From the human T2T-CHM13v2.0 reference genome, Homo sapiens, in the NCBI RefSeq assembly GCF_009914755.1, contig NC_060929.1: DNA of 64,000 nt, one strand, 5' to 3'. The notes beneath the pieces were generated by a model. It was given only the letters and a program-made list of their open reading frames with translations, ran no database searches and was not told the origin of the DNA. Positions within the stretch are counted from its first letter, which is position 1. The number at the start of each line of letters is the position of its first letter. Positions 22,952 to 35,935 of the stretch are shown here, one piece after another. Both the position numbers and the translations under genes were made by a program.

Positions 22952-25900
22952 CTTATCAATTATCACTTTTTTAAAAAAAATACATAATGGCTAGTTCCTA
23001 TCTTACACTGTTAGAATGCAAGTTTCAGATATGCAAGGATATTTATCTCTCTTGTTCGTTGATGTATCCCAAATCCCTGGAAGAGGACCTAGTTAGATAG
23101 TAGCTTCTAAGTATTTTTTAATGAATATCTGACTGCACTGGGAATTATATAGCTGTTCATTTATATTGGACATCTGGTCATCCCTTGAATAGAAGTCAAT
23201 GGGTTTTTTTGCTTATGCCCATACCATATTGTCTGGTAGTTGATTAAGATGATTTTCCCTAGAATATATTTCTCTTAAAAATATTTTCTCCTTCTAAATT
23301 ACCAGCAACCAAATTAAGATGCTTCAAGTATTTTGCTAAAAAGATTTTAAAAGTAGGTCAATTAGAATAAATCCAAAGAATAGCATTTTTACTATCATGC
23401 ACTGCCAATTTCTTATATGGCACAAGTTTGCCAAATTATGCAAAAATATGTACACATGCTTTTAAAATATTTTGACAGATTAAAAACTACATAGTAAAAC
23501 AACTGTAAAATGATTACCAAGAAAAGCTTCATTTCATAAAAATGCTGTTTCTCTAATATATCAAATTTGAGATACACTGTTAATTCAATGCTCATAATTG
23601 AAAAAATTCTTACTTTTAGAAATGATCGCTCCCTAGCGAGAAAGAATATATCTTACATTTTTTTAAAAAAAGCAAAAAATGATGGCAAAAGTCAATTTGA
23701 ACCCAGTTGAAGTAATCATTTAACTGATAAGTAATACTCTGTAAATATCTGTTTCTTCAGTTTCAGAAGAAACTTCAGTTGTTGATCTTCAATTCCTATG
23801 TTTTATATGAAAATATTTTGAAAAGAAAATAAGTGTTTTCCAACTGAGCATAATAAAGGAGGCTAAACATGATTATTCACACTTTGCAGTAATATACCTT
23901 TGACAGGCATGAAACATACATATGGATGAGAAAAGAGAGACCTCAATTTGTTTAGATTAGACCCATTTCAATCAGCAGGAGAAAACACATGTAAGAATGG
24001 ATGTGGTTTGTGAAACACTGTGTTAGAATCTCTCTGTTTATATTCTGAAGGATGCTAGTCATGTGAATGATTTTAAGCAGCAGAATATATAAATGCCAAT
24101 CAAGTAAATCACTCACGAAGAGCCAAAGCATCGCTGAAAGAAAGATACCCCAGGGAATTGGAATGACCTTACGCTGCCAAACCAAAGCAGATTGAAAAGT
24201 TTAATGCCATGGACAGATTTTGACAGTGGTAATGGTATTGGTGTCCTTGGCTCGTTCCTACTCTGGGGAGTTATAACTTTAAAAGCTTTGATTTTTGTTT
24301 ATCATGACAAGTTCTTCAAATATATAGCTCTTTGGACTCAATGGCTCTGCCATGCCCCATTTCTCTTCTGTAGGCCTGGAATCAACTATGAGAAAAGAAA
24401 GCATAGCCATATATATTTTTCAAAGACATAATTTAAAACTATAATTCTACTTTGATACTTACAGATACTATAAATTTATAGTGCTATAAATAGTTAATAA
24501 CATCATGATGAGTATTAAATACTCTTATTTTACATAGATTTGGCTATTTTCTTTTACGATGTATTATGTCTGTGACTCCCTTAGGTCTGCTTTGTTCATG
24601 ACATTAAAGTTAAGCTTTGAAAATCCATATTCCATTTCTAATAGCTTTCCTCTGGCACATGAGTACACCTGATCTAAAGGGTGACATCATCCTTTACTTT
24701 CTCAATCATCTTGATTTTCCTCAAACTCTGGTCAAAACACCACCATTAGATGGGCACATTTTCCATCATTTTTATAAGGTTCTTTTTCCTCTCAATACAT
24801 GTAACTGCCACATATAGCAACCGAAGGATGATAAGAGAATTTTCATGGCACCCAAGGTGAGAAGCTGAGGATTGTCAGAGAAAGGTGGAGTGTTTATTTT
24901 TCTTTCTTTTCTCTTTTGATTCACTGTAGTTCTGTACCAATATCATCTTTGTCCTAGCTGAGCATGCCTCCTGACTTTGTGGAATAATGTGCTATATGTT
25001 CATGTGCATAAAGATAATATGTATATTTATAGTATGCATTAATTTGAATGAATCGAAATTAAAATTATGTGACTTTTTTCTCTCATGTCCCCTCTTCCGT
25101 TATTACACTACTAGTCCTCTCTAAACCCACTGACACTGTCCATTGTTCTGAATTTGATTCCAGAGTTAGAGCTCAATTCTCTGCCTAATATAGTATTTTC
25201 TGTTTACATAGTGATTGCTCATATATTTTGCTCTTGTCAGAAATCTTTGACGGACTTATGCTGCATAAAAGTGCTGAAGGAAGAAGTCATTTAATTTTAA
25301 AATAATTTGTTTACTATGCATTAGAGTCTAACAAAGACAGATGGATACACATTTATGGTAATAATGCTTATTTCTCTCATTTCCTTCTCATTGTATTAAA
25401 ACTAAGAGCAAATAAGCACAATTCGGCTTCTGTTTGTGTGATTTTTACTTTTCAAGTTCTTTCCATCCTGACTCTCCTTGCAGCTTTCACATATGGACAC
25501 ATATTATTTGTGTTGAACATGATTCAAATACTGTTTTGAGTTATGTTGTACAATGTCTGATATATGTCATATATAAAAATAAAGGGTCTAATATATTCCT
25601 TCAAAGAATAATCAAGGTAAGTAATGTGCGCATGGGGCACACACTGTTCAAATAAATACTACAAAGAGACAGCAGTCTTTGCTGTGAGGCACACATCTTC
25701 CCTAGTGACCTCCCCTTGACAATAACTACGCTCCACTAAGGATGAATAAGGATCATTTCTTTTTCTCTCAGATGAGAAAACAGTACAACTACACTAGATG
25801 CATTTATCTTTTGTCTTTGCAACTGTCTTTCTGCTTCTTTGTCCATCCAATCTCTGTTTCTCTAGTCTAATTCAGACCTGCTCATTTCCCTCTCCTCCTG

Positions 25901-26488
25901 TCCATGTCTGTCTTCCTGTCTCCCTCTCTCTCTGCCTTTCTGTCCTATTTTTGCCTCTCAATTTCTCTCTACTTTTGTTTTCTTTTGGTTTGTCTTTCTG
26001 TCTTTTTTTTCACTTTATCCTCTTCTACTCATATTTATATATGCATATAAAGAGATACAGAATTTACACTTTATAAGTTGAACTCATTTCTGTTCTGCTC
26101 TCTTGCATAGTAAAATATCAATCACACTAACCTGCTTACTGAGCCGAAGTTCTTCCTTACAGTTGAGAAACCTTCTATGCGTCTAAAAATGAACAGTCGT
26201 ATCCATAACAGTGACAGCATGCATTTGATTTGCATAGTGCCTTTTCAGTCAAACTGTTATGCAGCCTAGTTAGACCTCTGACTTTGAGGATGCAGACAGA
26301 ATTGTTTAACACAATGACCTTGACGAGCCTCACAGTAAAGTCTCATTCTGAGAAAATCACACTTGAAAGATAAAATAATTTACACCTAGCATTCTAGAGT
26401 ATAATTACACCCATGATAGACATTACTTTTCAGGGCTGAATCTATGGCTACATTTTATAATGCAAGGGGAAAGAGAGAGATAGAAATG

Positions 26489-26695
26489 ATTGTTTGTTGA
26501 GTGCATATCACTGACTAAGCACAATGCTAATTGATATATAATATCTCATTGTATTCTCTATGTCACATGCTTATCCTTCTGAGTTACCTCTGTTTTATAC
26601 ACGAGAAAACCAGAGTTCTAAAATAGTACATTAACTTGTTTAAGGTCACAGATTTAGGAAGTGGTATTTTTGAGATTCCATCCTGAGCCATGTGT
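26489..26695 (-). mobile_element. MIR SINE
   Basis: ttgttgagtgc...gagaaaaccagag...taacttgtttaaggtcacagatttaggaagtgg. Confidence 0.65.
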
Positions 26696-28317
26696 ACTGA
26701 AAATATAGGTTCTATACTTGTTAATATATGTCTTCCATATATTCCTATGAGGGTCCTATTTCTTAAAGTTATATAACTTTACTGCTTATTTAAAATATGC
26801 CTAATTGAAATAAACCACTACAATTTTATTTGCCATTACAATCTTTGGATTAATTTTCCAAAAAGCTGACACCTAGCAAATTGTGAAAGGGTGAAATGTG
26901 TAGTTGAATAACACACCTACAAAGGCAGAAAGCTGAATGTCCCTCAGAATAGTAGAAACAATTACTGGGGCTGTGGAGGGGGAATGATAATAGCCAGACC
27001 TGCTTCTCTTGAATACATTTTATTGAAGATATCAATATTCAAAGGCAAAAGATAATAATAATGATCAAAAACTTTAAGTTGTTCTGATTTTCTCGATGTA
27101 TTTTCTAGGTGTGTTAGTTTGAGGGAATTGAATGTATTGAATAATTCAATTGACTTTTCACATTTCACATACTAACATTTCCTGAATACTTTTAAGGCAA
27201 TTGTACTTCTTTGACATTTTTAAGGCTAACAACAATCCTAAATTGTAGATATAATTTACTGTAGTTAAATAAATGATTACCTGAAGCTGGGAGGGTTTGT
27301 TTTACGTTCACTTAGAGAAATGGCAATTCAAATGATGAGTTAACTTATATATAAGCTTCTTATATATAACTTATATATAAGCTTCTTTTTTAAATTTTCA
27401 AACTCAGTGCTTTCCTCTAATTATCGTTCTTCCCAGTCTACTTCTGAACTCACTTTTCTATGTCAAAGTAATATGTCTCAGTTAACATTGTACAATCTAA
27501 CCTCTGGCAGCAGAACCACGAATTCACTGAATTTGGGAGCTGGTGCCACATTTTTTGTGATAATTATGATCTTAATAGTATGACTTTTTTCTAACTTCCA
27601 ATTAGATTGAACTTTAAAATTAACATTTATCTTATTTTACTTATTTTGTCCATAGCTACTGTTAAGTAGAATTTTAATTAAGCAGCAGTTGGTAGCAGTT
27701 AGTTTTAAGTTGTTAGAATTCGTGATCATCTAAAACCCAAATGTTAGTAGACACATGCTTAAAAATAGGTGCTGTCAGAGGTCCACAAATACTTGGGTCT
27801 TTTTGCCAGTTTTAACAGTTAAAATTAGATATGCTTCCATGTTATTTGGAAAGAAACAATCCAAGAATATCTAGTCCAAGAACTTGCGTGGTCCACTGAA
27901 CAGCATCATTGACAAGGAATCAGGCCTTTGCTTCTATTCCTGGCCACATGCTGCGAAAGTCATTCAGATTTATCATGCAGATGACTGGCTTTGCATATCC
28001 CTATCATTATCACTAACGCTGAGATAGCAATTCCGACTTACCACACAGGAATCTCTAATGATTAATTGGATAATGTTCGTTAAGTGCTCCCAGCTACTTA
28101 GAATAAATGTACTAGATGGCTATTAAGCATTGTTATTATAAGATGTTGCTTAGATGTAATACCAGTGACTGACTGCTCCATAGTTATGAGGAAAATTACT
28201 TCCTCTGATAATATGAGTGTAACACATATTGACTTAAAATATACATTCTTTGGCATACATTTAGACTTTCCAAATGAGCTAAGCAAAGGGCGGCCTTCTA
28301 TATGGTTTGTTAGTTGC

Positions 28318-28522
28318 TTATTTAAGAGTGCATACTATCTGTGTGGCACTTTTATAAGCACTTCATCCTTACGATAATACTGAATGCCAATGATATATCC
28401 TCACTTTTTATAGGAAGGACACAGAAACATAAATGCCTTGCCTGAGGCCACACAGCTAGTAAGTGGTAGGGTCAGAACTTAATCCTTTTAAAATTGGCTT
28501 CAAACCACTCATGCTTAACCAC
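28318..28522 (-). mobile_element. MIR SINE
   Basis: cttgcctgaggccacacagctagtaagtggtagggtcagaac...tgcttaaccact. Confidence 0.75.
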
Positions 28523-28939
28523 TCCCTTAGACTGCATAGCTCCTATATTTACATTTGTATTGTGTTTATCCCTTTGCTCAAGAAAGTGGAAGTGTTTGGT
28601 TATATATCACCTGGAAAACTTGCTGATCTATCTTTTTAAAGACAAATTGTGCAAGGTTAATCCAGGAAGATCCCCTAGGGAAAATCAGTTAAGGCGAATT
28701 GAGAGATAAAGAAAGCAGGTGTAGGAGTGAGAAAGGTAACCTGAGTTCCTTGTCTATGTACAGGTGTCATCACTTCCTATTAATTGGGGAAGACATTTTA
28801 AGTTCATTGTGATTTTGAATTTAGATGCCTCCAATTTTTTGAAAATGCAGAAAACAAATTATAGAAATGCTATGTGAAGTTATAGCATCTGGGAAAAAGA
28901 ACAAGTATTTTCTTCTCTAATGTTTCATCAAGTGAAATG

Positions 28940-29490
28940 ATTTGGGCTGTAAATAAAGTGCTAGTACAATATATTTTCAATGATAAAAGAAATTATCATC
29001 TCTCCAAACAAGACATCCAAGGCAAACTAACTTAATTTTAAATTCAGCACCTCAACAGCATCATCAAGGATCCACACTTTTTCCCTCTTTATTCACTAGA
29101 CTCCTCAGCATGTTACCTGAGCCTCTTATCTGCTCCTTGAAGATGACTGAAGCAGCTCCATCTACCAATTGACACACATCAGGATCTGCAAGAACAAGAA
29201 CTCAATCTTCCTTGTTTCTCTCTTAAAGCCCCACAAGAAATCATTTCCCTTGTATCTCATTGGCTGAAACTTTGCAGCATGTTTGTTCCTAAAACAAATA
29301 GCAAGAGGGCTAAAAGGTTCACAGTTAGCTAAATTAGTCAAGATTCACTTCTTTCATCAGGAACTGGGAGGTCTCTTTCCTTAAATTCCGTTGCTTTGTG
29401 AATGAATGTGGTTTTCGGAACATAAGTCATAGTCTCTAAACAGGGAAGAGGGATGTCTATTGGGTAGATGACTGTATACTGTCTACTGTT
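28940..29490 (-). mobile_element. Old MLT1 (J/K/L-like) MaLR LTR
   Basis: ctcaacagcatcatcaaggatcca, aagatgactgaagcagctcca and ttcccttgtatctcattggctgaaact motifs. Confidence 0.55.
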
Positions 29491-29989
29491 ACTCTTATAT
29501 TTTATTGAATGCATTTCCTTTTTTCTCTATTTTTTAATATTTGCATGGTGAGAGTGAATGCATTCAATTGATTTTAATTTTAAATATATATTAATGCAAA
29601 TTTTACATAGCAAAATGAAAGAAATTTTTAGTTCATTAGATGCTGTGTCATTGTATTGTACTGAATTTTCTCCTAATTTTGTAATTCTGAGGATGACCCA
29701 CAACCCATCTTTTCTCAAACTCAAATACAGACATTACCCAAGACTCATTAATCAGAACCAATGACATTTTTGTCTGGTTTGTGTTTTCTTCTAGATGTCA
29801 AATTGACATGTAAGGATTAACATATCCACAAAACAAACTTTATCAAACTAGGCTGCCCATTTCTATGTTCTGTCCTCTGTAATACATCATTTACATTTTG
29901 CTTTATTGATTTTTATTTAGCATAATACTTTTGGCAGTGGTGGTGGCCTGTGTGTACATGTATGTACATACATGTGCTAAATGTACACA

Positions 29990-30255
29990 TTTAATTACAT
30001 ATATGTGATTTATGTTATATAATTATATAATTTATATAATTTAAATTTTATAATTATATAATTTATGTAATTATATAATATAATTTACATTTTATAAATC
30101 TAATATAATTTATATAATTTATATAATATAATATAATTTATGAAATTTATATAATTATAATACATACACTTTTATATAATATAAATATTAATAACTATTA
30201 ATATTTATTAATAGTTATTAATAAATATTAAATAAATACTAATAACTATTTCAAA
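29990..30255. repeat. Near-pure AT low-complexity tract (TTATATAAT-like units) containing a perfect inverted repeat
   Basis: Directly visible; 18-bp arms at 30186-30203 and 30206-30223. Confidence 0.9.
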
Positions 30256-30849
30256 TGCTTTAAAATATTTGAAATAACCTGTATATAGAATTAGACTTAG
30301 ATATCTAACCCTTATATAGGATTAGGCTTGGATATCCCAGACATCCAAATAGAATCCTATATACAGATTAGATATTCAAATATTTTGAAGAATTACTTCG
30401 ATTTTTACAACCTTGGTTAACTCTTCCTTCCTATGAGATGGTATGATGTAATTTTTACTACTTTTATTATACTGTTTGCCTGCTGTGTGCTGTAGCTATT
30501 CATATACTAAAATTGTTACTCCTACCACATACACTGTGATAGTAAAAGCACAGCTAACACTTACATAATGTGTAATTTCCTTAGTATTTTCGATGTTACC
30601 ATAATTTTTTGCAATGCTAATTAGTATTTTATGATAAAGTACGCTTAAAGAAATGTGGAGAATCCTAGTCTAGAAAAAATAGTTGAGCCTGTAAAAGCTG
30701 ATATGCCACATGCCACTCCAAGTGGAATGGAGATAGTATGCTGCATTTCCCAAACATGTTTGGCCAGGAATCACTTGTGGTTATACTCATAGAATTACTA
30801 GTATTCTGTGAAACACATTAGGTGAATATAAGTATTGTGATTTGTAATG

Positions 30850-31040
30850 CATGCAATGCTTTAGGAATAAATATCATTTCATTTTCACAAAACATTTGAA
30901 GTAAGTAGATCAATAATTGTTAGTATTCTCATTCTATAGATGACAAGGTTGATGTAAAAAATGTGGCACAAGATTCATTGGAAATTCAAAATAAAATGTC
31001 CTCAACTTTGACTAAATCCTGTGTTGTCTTCATTACACTA
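30850..31040 (-). mobile_element. Degraded MIR
   Basis: tcattttcacaaaaca...gaagtaagta...tattctcattctatagatga. Confidence 0.45.
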
Positions 31041-33319
31041 AACACATGCTTAAAGCTCTACTTCTCTTGTATTTCTTTCAGTACCTTGCGCAGTACCTTG
31101 AACTTTGTAAATACTTCAAAAATAAAACTTGCTTCAAATTTCGTCTAATTTAATAGTAAGTTAAAATTAAAGCAAAAACAAGAAGTATGACTATGTCCCT
31201 AATAGTTTGTCAACACATTGATATAACAAAATGGTTTGTTTAATCAGTTCAAGATCCAATGGCATTTCTAAAAGCTTTTCAAAACTGTAATTAAGTTTTG
31301 TTTTTTAACTAAACTACAAGCCTAGAATTTAGTGAAAAATCAGGCAGAAATCATGAATTGGAAAATATGTCCTGACATAGCTTTAGGTAAGAAATGGAAT
31401 GATTAATATAGACCGACCATAATGAATACAAATGGAGTTCTACCTGTTCTATTAAGTGAACCATGGGAATCAGTCAATACCATTTATCTTGAGGATAAGT
31501 AAAGACTGAGTCAAAATACACTAAAAAGAGGGTATATTAATGTGGATTTCTAATTAACCGAATCCACCACACTCTGGTCATCAATGATAAAAAGTTGCAA
31601 ATATGCTTTATATATGCACAACCATACAGATAACTAATGTCAACTCAATTTGCAAAGCTATACATTTTAATGAACTGTCTTTAAATTGTATTAATTTTGA
31701 AAGAAATTTTGCTGTGCCAGGAATATAAGACACTAGCAACCATCTCAAGGCTCTAATGACTCTATTTATATCATTTATTAGTCTTCCACATTGTTATTAT
31801 TATAAATGTCCTATACCTACTTACCTAGAGTTAAATTAATATTTTAAAATAAATACTAATGAATTAAACGCCTAATTATTTAGCACATACAAAAACCCTC
31901 ATTCTCAATCACATTTCAGATTTAAAGAAATGCTTTTACTTTGTGAATTGTCTCGTAAATAAATTTAGTTCTCTCTTTTAGGTTTAATAGGGTTTCTAAA
32001 CATGCCTGGTTTAACAGATTATCAGTATTTGTTACACATTGTGTGTAATAGCATTAATTTAGAAAATTTAATGTACAGACACATTTTTCTTCTTCACAAA
32101 TAGTAAACCATCTATCCATGTCAGATGTAGAAAAAATTGTTTAAAGCAAAATATGGTAGCTTCTTCTGTGTCTATCAGGTTATTCTGTTAAATGCCAGAA
32201 GGACTCAGAAGTTCAGGATCAAACAGAAAGCTAATATAAATCTATTTGGAAAACTTGAGAATGAAAAAAAAATATGTATATATATATATAAATGCATTTC
32301 TTTGCGGATTTCCCAGGCTTGAGTTTTCCTAAGTATCAGAAGGAAATGTAAATTTTTTATAACCAAAATTAAGAAATATATGGCGTTAATTAAAAAGAAT
32401 AGAAAATAAAATAATGCAGCTAAAGATTTATAGGTTGAATGGGACATGCCTGTAAAAGGAATCTGTATAGGTGGTATCTATGTAGGTCAACCTACAACAG
32501 AGAGCGTGAATGCTGATGGCAGAATGAAGTCTAATCAGGGTAAGGAGAGAAAATTCTAGATATCCCTGATGGCTCATCTCCTCCACCCTTTCAGTGACTT
32601 AGCAAGAAACTGGATCAGCTCACCTGAACTAGCGCAATAAATAGGACCAGAGGCTGAGCTCAGGAGCTTTCTCCTTTTAACTCGGCCACTTCCTAAACCA
32701 AGAAGCACCAATCATCACAGGGTTACTAGATGTTTATTTTCTTCCTTTCTCCACTCCTAAAAATGTGTAGATCATTATAGGGCTGGTATCTCCTTCCCGG
32801 AACCCTTTCTGTGCTGAATCCAGTCCAGCTCAATCTGCTTTAACACGTCTCTATGGATTATTGAGCAACTGGGGCTCATTTGAGTCGTCCTAGTTCTCAG
32901 TGTATACATTATCTTCAAACAAACTCTATCACATATATACACTTCGGGGTATTAGGGTGTGAATGCCCATATCATCCTTATAATCCAGGACAAACTTTGT
33001 ATATCTGAATGCAGTGGCAAGATTTTCACTTTTCATATTTGAATGAAAGATTCAAAACCATGTAAACATGTAAATCCCTTCATTGTTTTGTTGTTTTGTT
33101 TCTTTTTTTGAAAGTCTGTCTCCAGATTAAGTTTAACTGATCAATATATAGTATCTTAATCCATGTGTTTTAGGAAACAGTCTTTCTGATACTTTAAATA
33201 GCTGTGTTCAGATGATCACGTTTGTTATATAACATTCTCTGCTCAATTATCTTCTATTTTGCTTTCTTCCTGCCTTCCTCACCTAAATAAGCCAGCAGCT
33301 TTGTTTCTCATACCAAATG

Positions 33320-33990
33320 CTAGGTGTCATCTTTTTATTCCTTCCTTATCTATTCCAATAGCAGAGTCTGGTTAGTTCTACCCCAAGTGTCTTTTCAATC
33401 CTTGCACTTGGTATCTCTCCATTATGAATACCGTATTCCAAGCTACTGTCACTTTCTGCCTAACTGCCACCCTATCTTGTCTCTCTGCTTCTGCTCTCCT
33501 ACCAGTCAAACCAGATCTCTTCCACAGGGGAGTGGGAGTGATCATTTAATCAGATCATATCACTCTTCTGCTAGGAGCATGTCCAAACTCAGAGCCCTCA
33601 TAGAGTTGGGGCACTTTCTACCTCTTTCACTTCCTCCTGTATCACCTCTGACTTCCCTCACTATCCTGCAGCCCCATTTGCCTGCAATGCCTTTCCCTCG
33701 ATATCTTCATGCTTTGCCTCTTTGCTCATGCCTCAACCAAGCTGCCATATGATCAGACAAGCTACCCACACTACTGATTCACACACAGGCATATGCTCAT
33801 ATCTGCTACCCTCCAACCCTGCCTTTTATTGTAATCAATAGTATTTATGATAACCTGACATAATACATATTTGTTTCTTGCTTCACTGAATGTAAATGGT
33901 ATTATAAATGGCATGAAACAGGGATTTTGACTTCCTAGGTGGTTACTCTACCCTCAGTACTTAGCACGTTGCAGGTTCTGCAGAAATCCT
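33320..33990 (+). mobile_element. L2 3' fragment
   Basis: ctaggtgtcatcttt...cagatcatatcactcttctgct...ccctcagtacttagcac. Confidence 0.6.
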
Positions 33991-35229
33991 GATTAATGGA
34001 AATGCTGACACAAATCACATGATTATTTTATGGTGAAATCACAAATTTCCCTACCTATTTTTTTCACACAGAAGTAGCTTTGCTTTTTTCTCATTAGTTG
34101 TATTTATCTTCTAAATGAAATGAAAATATATTGCCGAAACAGGAGTAAGTTTCCTGTAATTTGGGTGTGGGAATCCCTCTGTAGAACTTAGTGCCTGAAA
34201 ACCTTGCTTCACAGGGGAAGGAATAATGAATCTCATGTTTAAATTATGTAGCACAAGTAGATATAGTATCAACCTAAAAAATTTCACAAATTCTTTGAAA
34301 ATCCAACTATTCAAAGAAAATCCATATTCAAGCACAGACTTTAATCTGGAGTTACTCTTCTATTGGATCTCTATATAGCTTTGAAACTGATTAAAGCTGG
34401 CTTTGATTTCCACATTTAGAAATTAATCACACATGGCTGGATCACGGCCATGGGGGCTGCTATTCTAGAGCAACCTCTCTCTGTGAGACTTGGAAAAATA
34501 TGAGGAGAGCCACCCACCTATCACACCATCAAACACTTATATAGACACACAACTGAGAGAGGGGTTGCTTCATGTGTTCTTTTCTCTAAAAACATCCTCT
34601 GGACATTTCTCTTTTAGCTTCAACGACTCTGTTGGTTTTTAAGTAGATAGAGAGATGGTTTGACAAATTAAAAGGTAGCTAGCTTACTAAACATAGCACG
34701 GTGAACACTTAATTCCAATCATAAAATAACATTTTACTATGTTCAAATTGTGAAAAACAGACGATAGTAAATGAAGATATCACTACTGATGGTGAAAGAA
34801 AGAGAAAGTAACACGATTGCTGTTGACTTCTCCAGCTGCATCTTCCCTCACTGGCATGTATCCACACCGTGTTTCAGGAATACCAAGATATTTATTATTT
34901 CCTAAATAGTCAAGGCTACCTCTCATCCCTTAGATCTAATTGGTCATGCCTCTCTGCCCAGCAGAATTTTAACACCTATCCTTTCTCATGCTAACTTCTA
35001 TTTAGATTTCAGATTAGATCTCAAAGTTAAACTCCTTCAGATGTGGACTCAGCTCAAATACCATGGATACCAGAGATATCATTGACTTAATTATTCTTAT
35101 GCTGATTAAAGCCTTCCTTGGGTTGTTGTGATAGATTATTGTGATAGGGGATATCAGATATCCTCAAAATTATAAATACCTATGGTATTAATAGTAATTT
35201 TTTTGCAGAAAATTTACTTTTGAATATCT

Positions 35230-35525
35230 ATGTATTTCTAATTTGTAAAATCACTTTTCTGTTATAAACAATGAACATCTCTTTATGCAACAGATAGTTT
35301 ATTCATCAATCTTTGTGTCTTTTTCTGATTGTTTCTATTAATTAAACTCTTAGAAGCTGAAACTGCTAGATAAATGCTGTTAACATTTAACACATATTGG
35401 CAAGTTGCCATTCTGAAGAGTAACACCAATTCATACTCTTACCAATAGTCCTCAGGGTACCCTTTTCCTCACATACTGTGAACTCTAGGTATTATCAATC
35501 TTTTTAACTTTGTAAAACTGAGAGT
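35230..35525 (-). mobile_element. Old L1 (L1ME-like) fragment
   Basis: caatgaacatc..., catattggcaagttgcc...caccaattcatactcttaccaa...ttttcctcacat...ggtattatcaatctttt. Confidence 0.6.
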
Positions 35526-35739
35526 CAAATAAACTTGTTGTTTTGTGGTTCTACTATACCAAGAAAAGATATAATAGACATGAAAATGTTGGCATCTTTA
35601 TGAGTCTGGAATTAAAGGAACTTTCCCTTTCTGCTTTCTAATTTGATTTAAGGAATATATTGCACTTTAATAACAAATGCACTAAAATGATTTGCATTTG
35701 AAAATCTCTTTAATATTTTAACTCTGAAAAGACAGACTT

Positions 35740-35935
35740 GCACAATGGTTAAGACTGTGAGGTGAGGACTCAAGTGGGTCTGAGTTCAAATTGAAGCATA
35801 TGCACTTAAAATGCAGTTTTATCATCTGGAATACAAGGGTGATAATCCTTGCTCTTCTAGGATTAAAATGATCTCATAAATGTTGAGTACTGAAAGAAGT
35901 ATTGGCACATAATAGGCAGTTAATAAATAGTAGCA
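35740..35935 (+). mobile_element. MIR SINE
   Basis: aatggttaaga...ctgagttcaaat...cagttttatcatctg...ggattaaaatga...tggcacataataggcagttaataaatagtagc. Confidence 0.7.

Larger units (their letters stand above)
19620..23127 (+). mobile_element. Fragmented L2 LINE (pieces ~19620-19692, 19973-20477, 21853-22262, 22990-23127) hosting nested insertions
   Basis: L2 motifs occur in colinear order: tatttccagcccagac, ccacttggatgtctaa...gcatctcaaactt, cacagcagcca...gatcatgtcattcctttgctca, gatgtatcccaa...aatgaat. Confidence 0.75.

Noticed and set aside
24467-24482. 16-bp palindrome actataaatttatagt
   Set aside because: 8-bp AT-rich arms are expected by chance in a window of this size and composition.
33324-33752. 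142-aa Ser/Leu/Pro-rich ORF
   Set aside because: It lies in a pyrimidine-rich L2 relic, where stop codons are depleted by composition.
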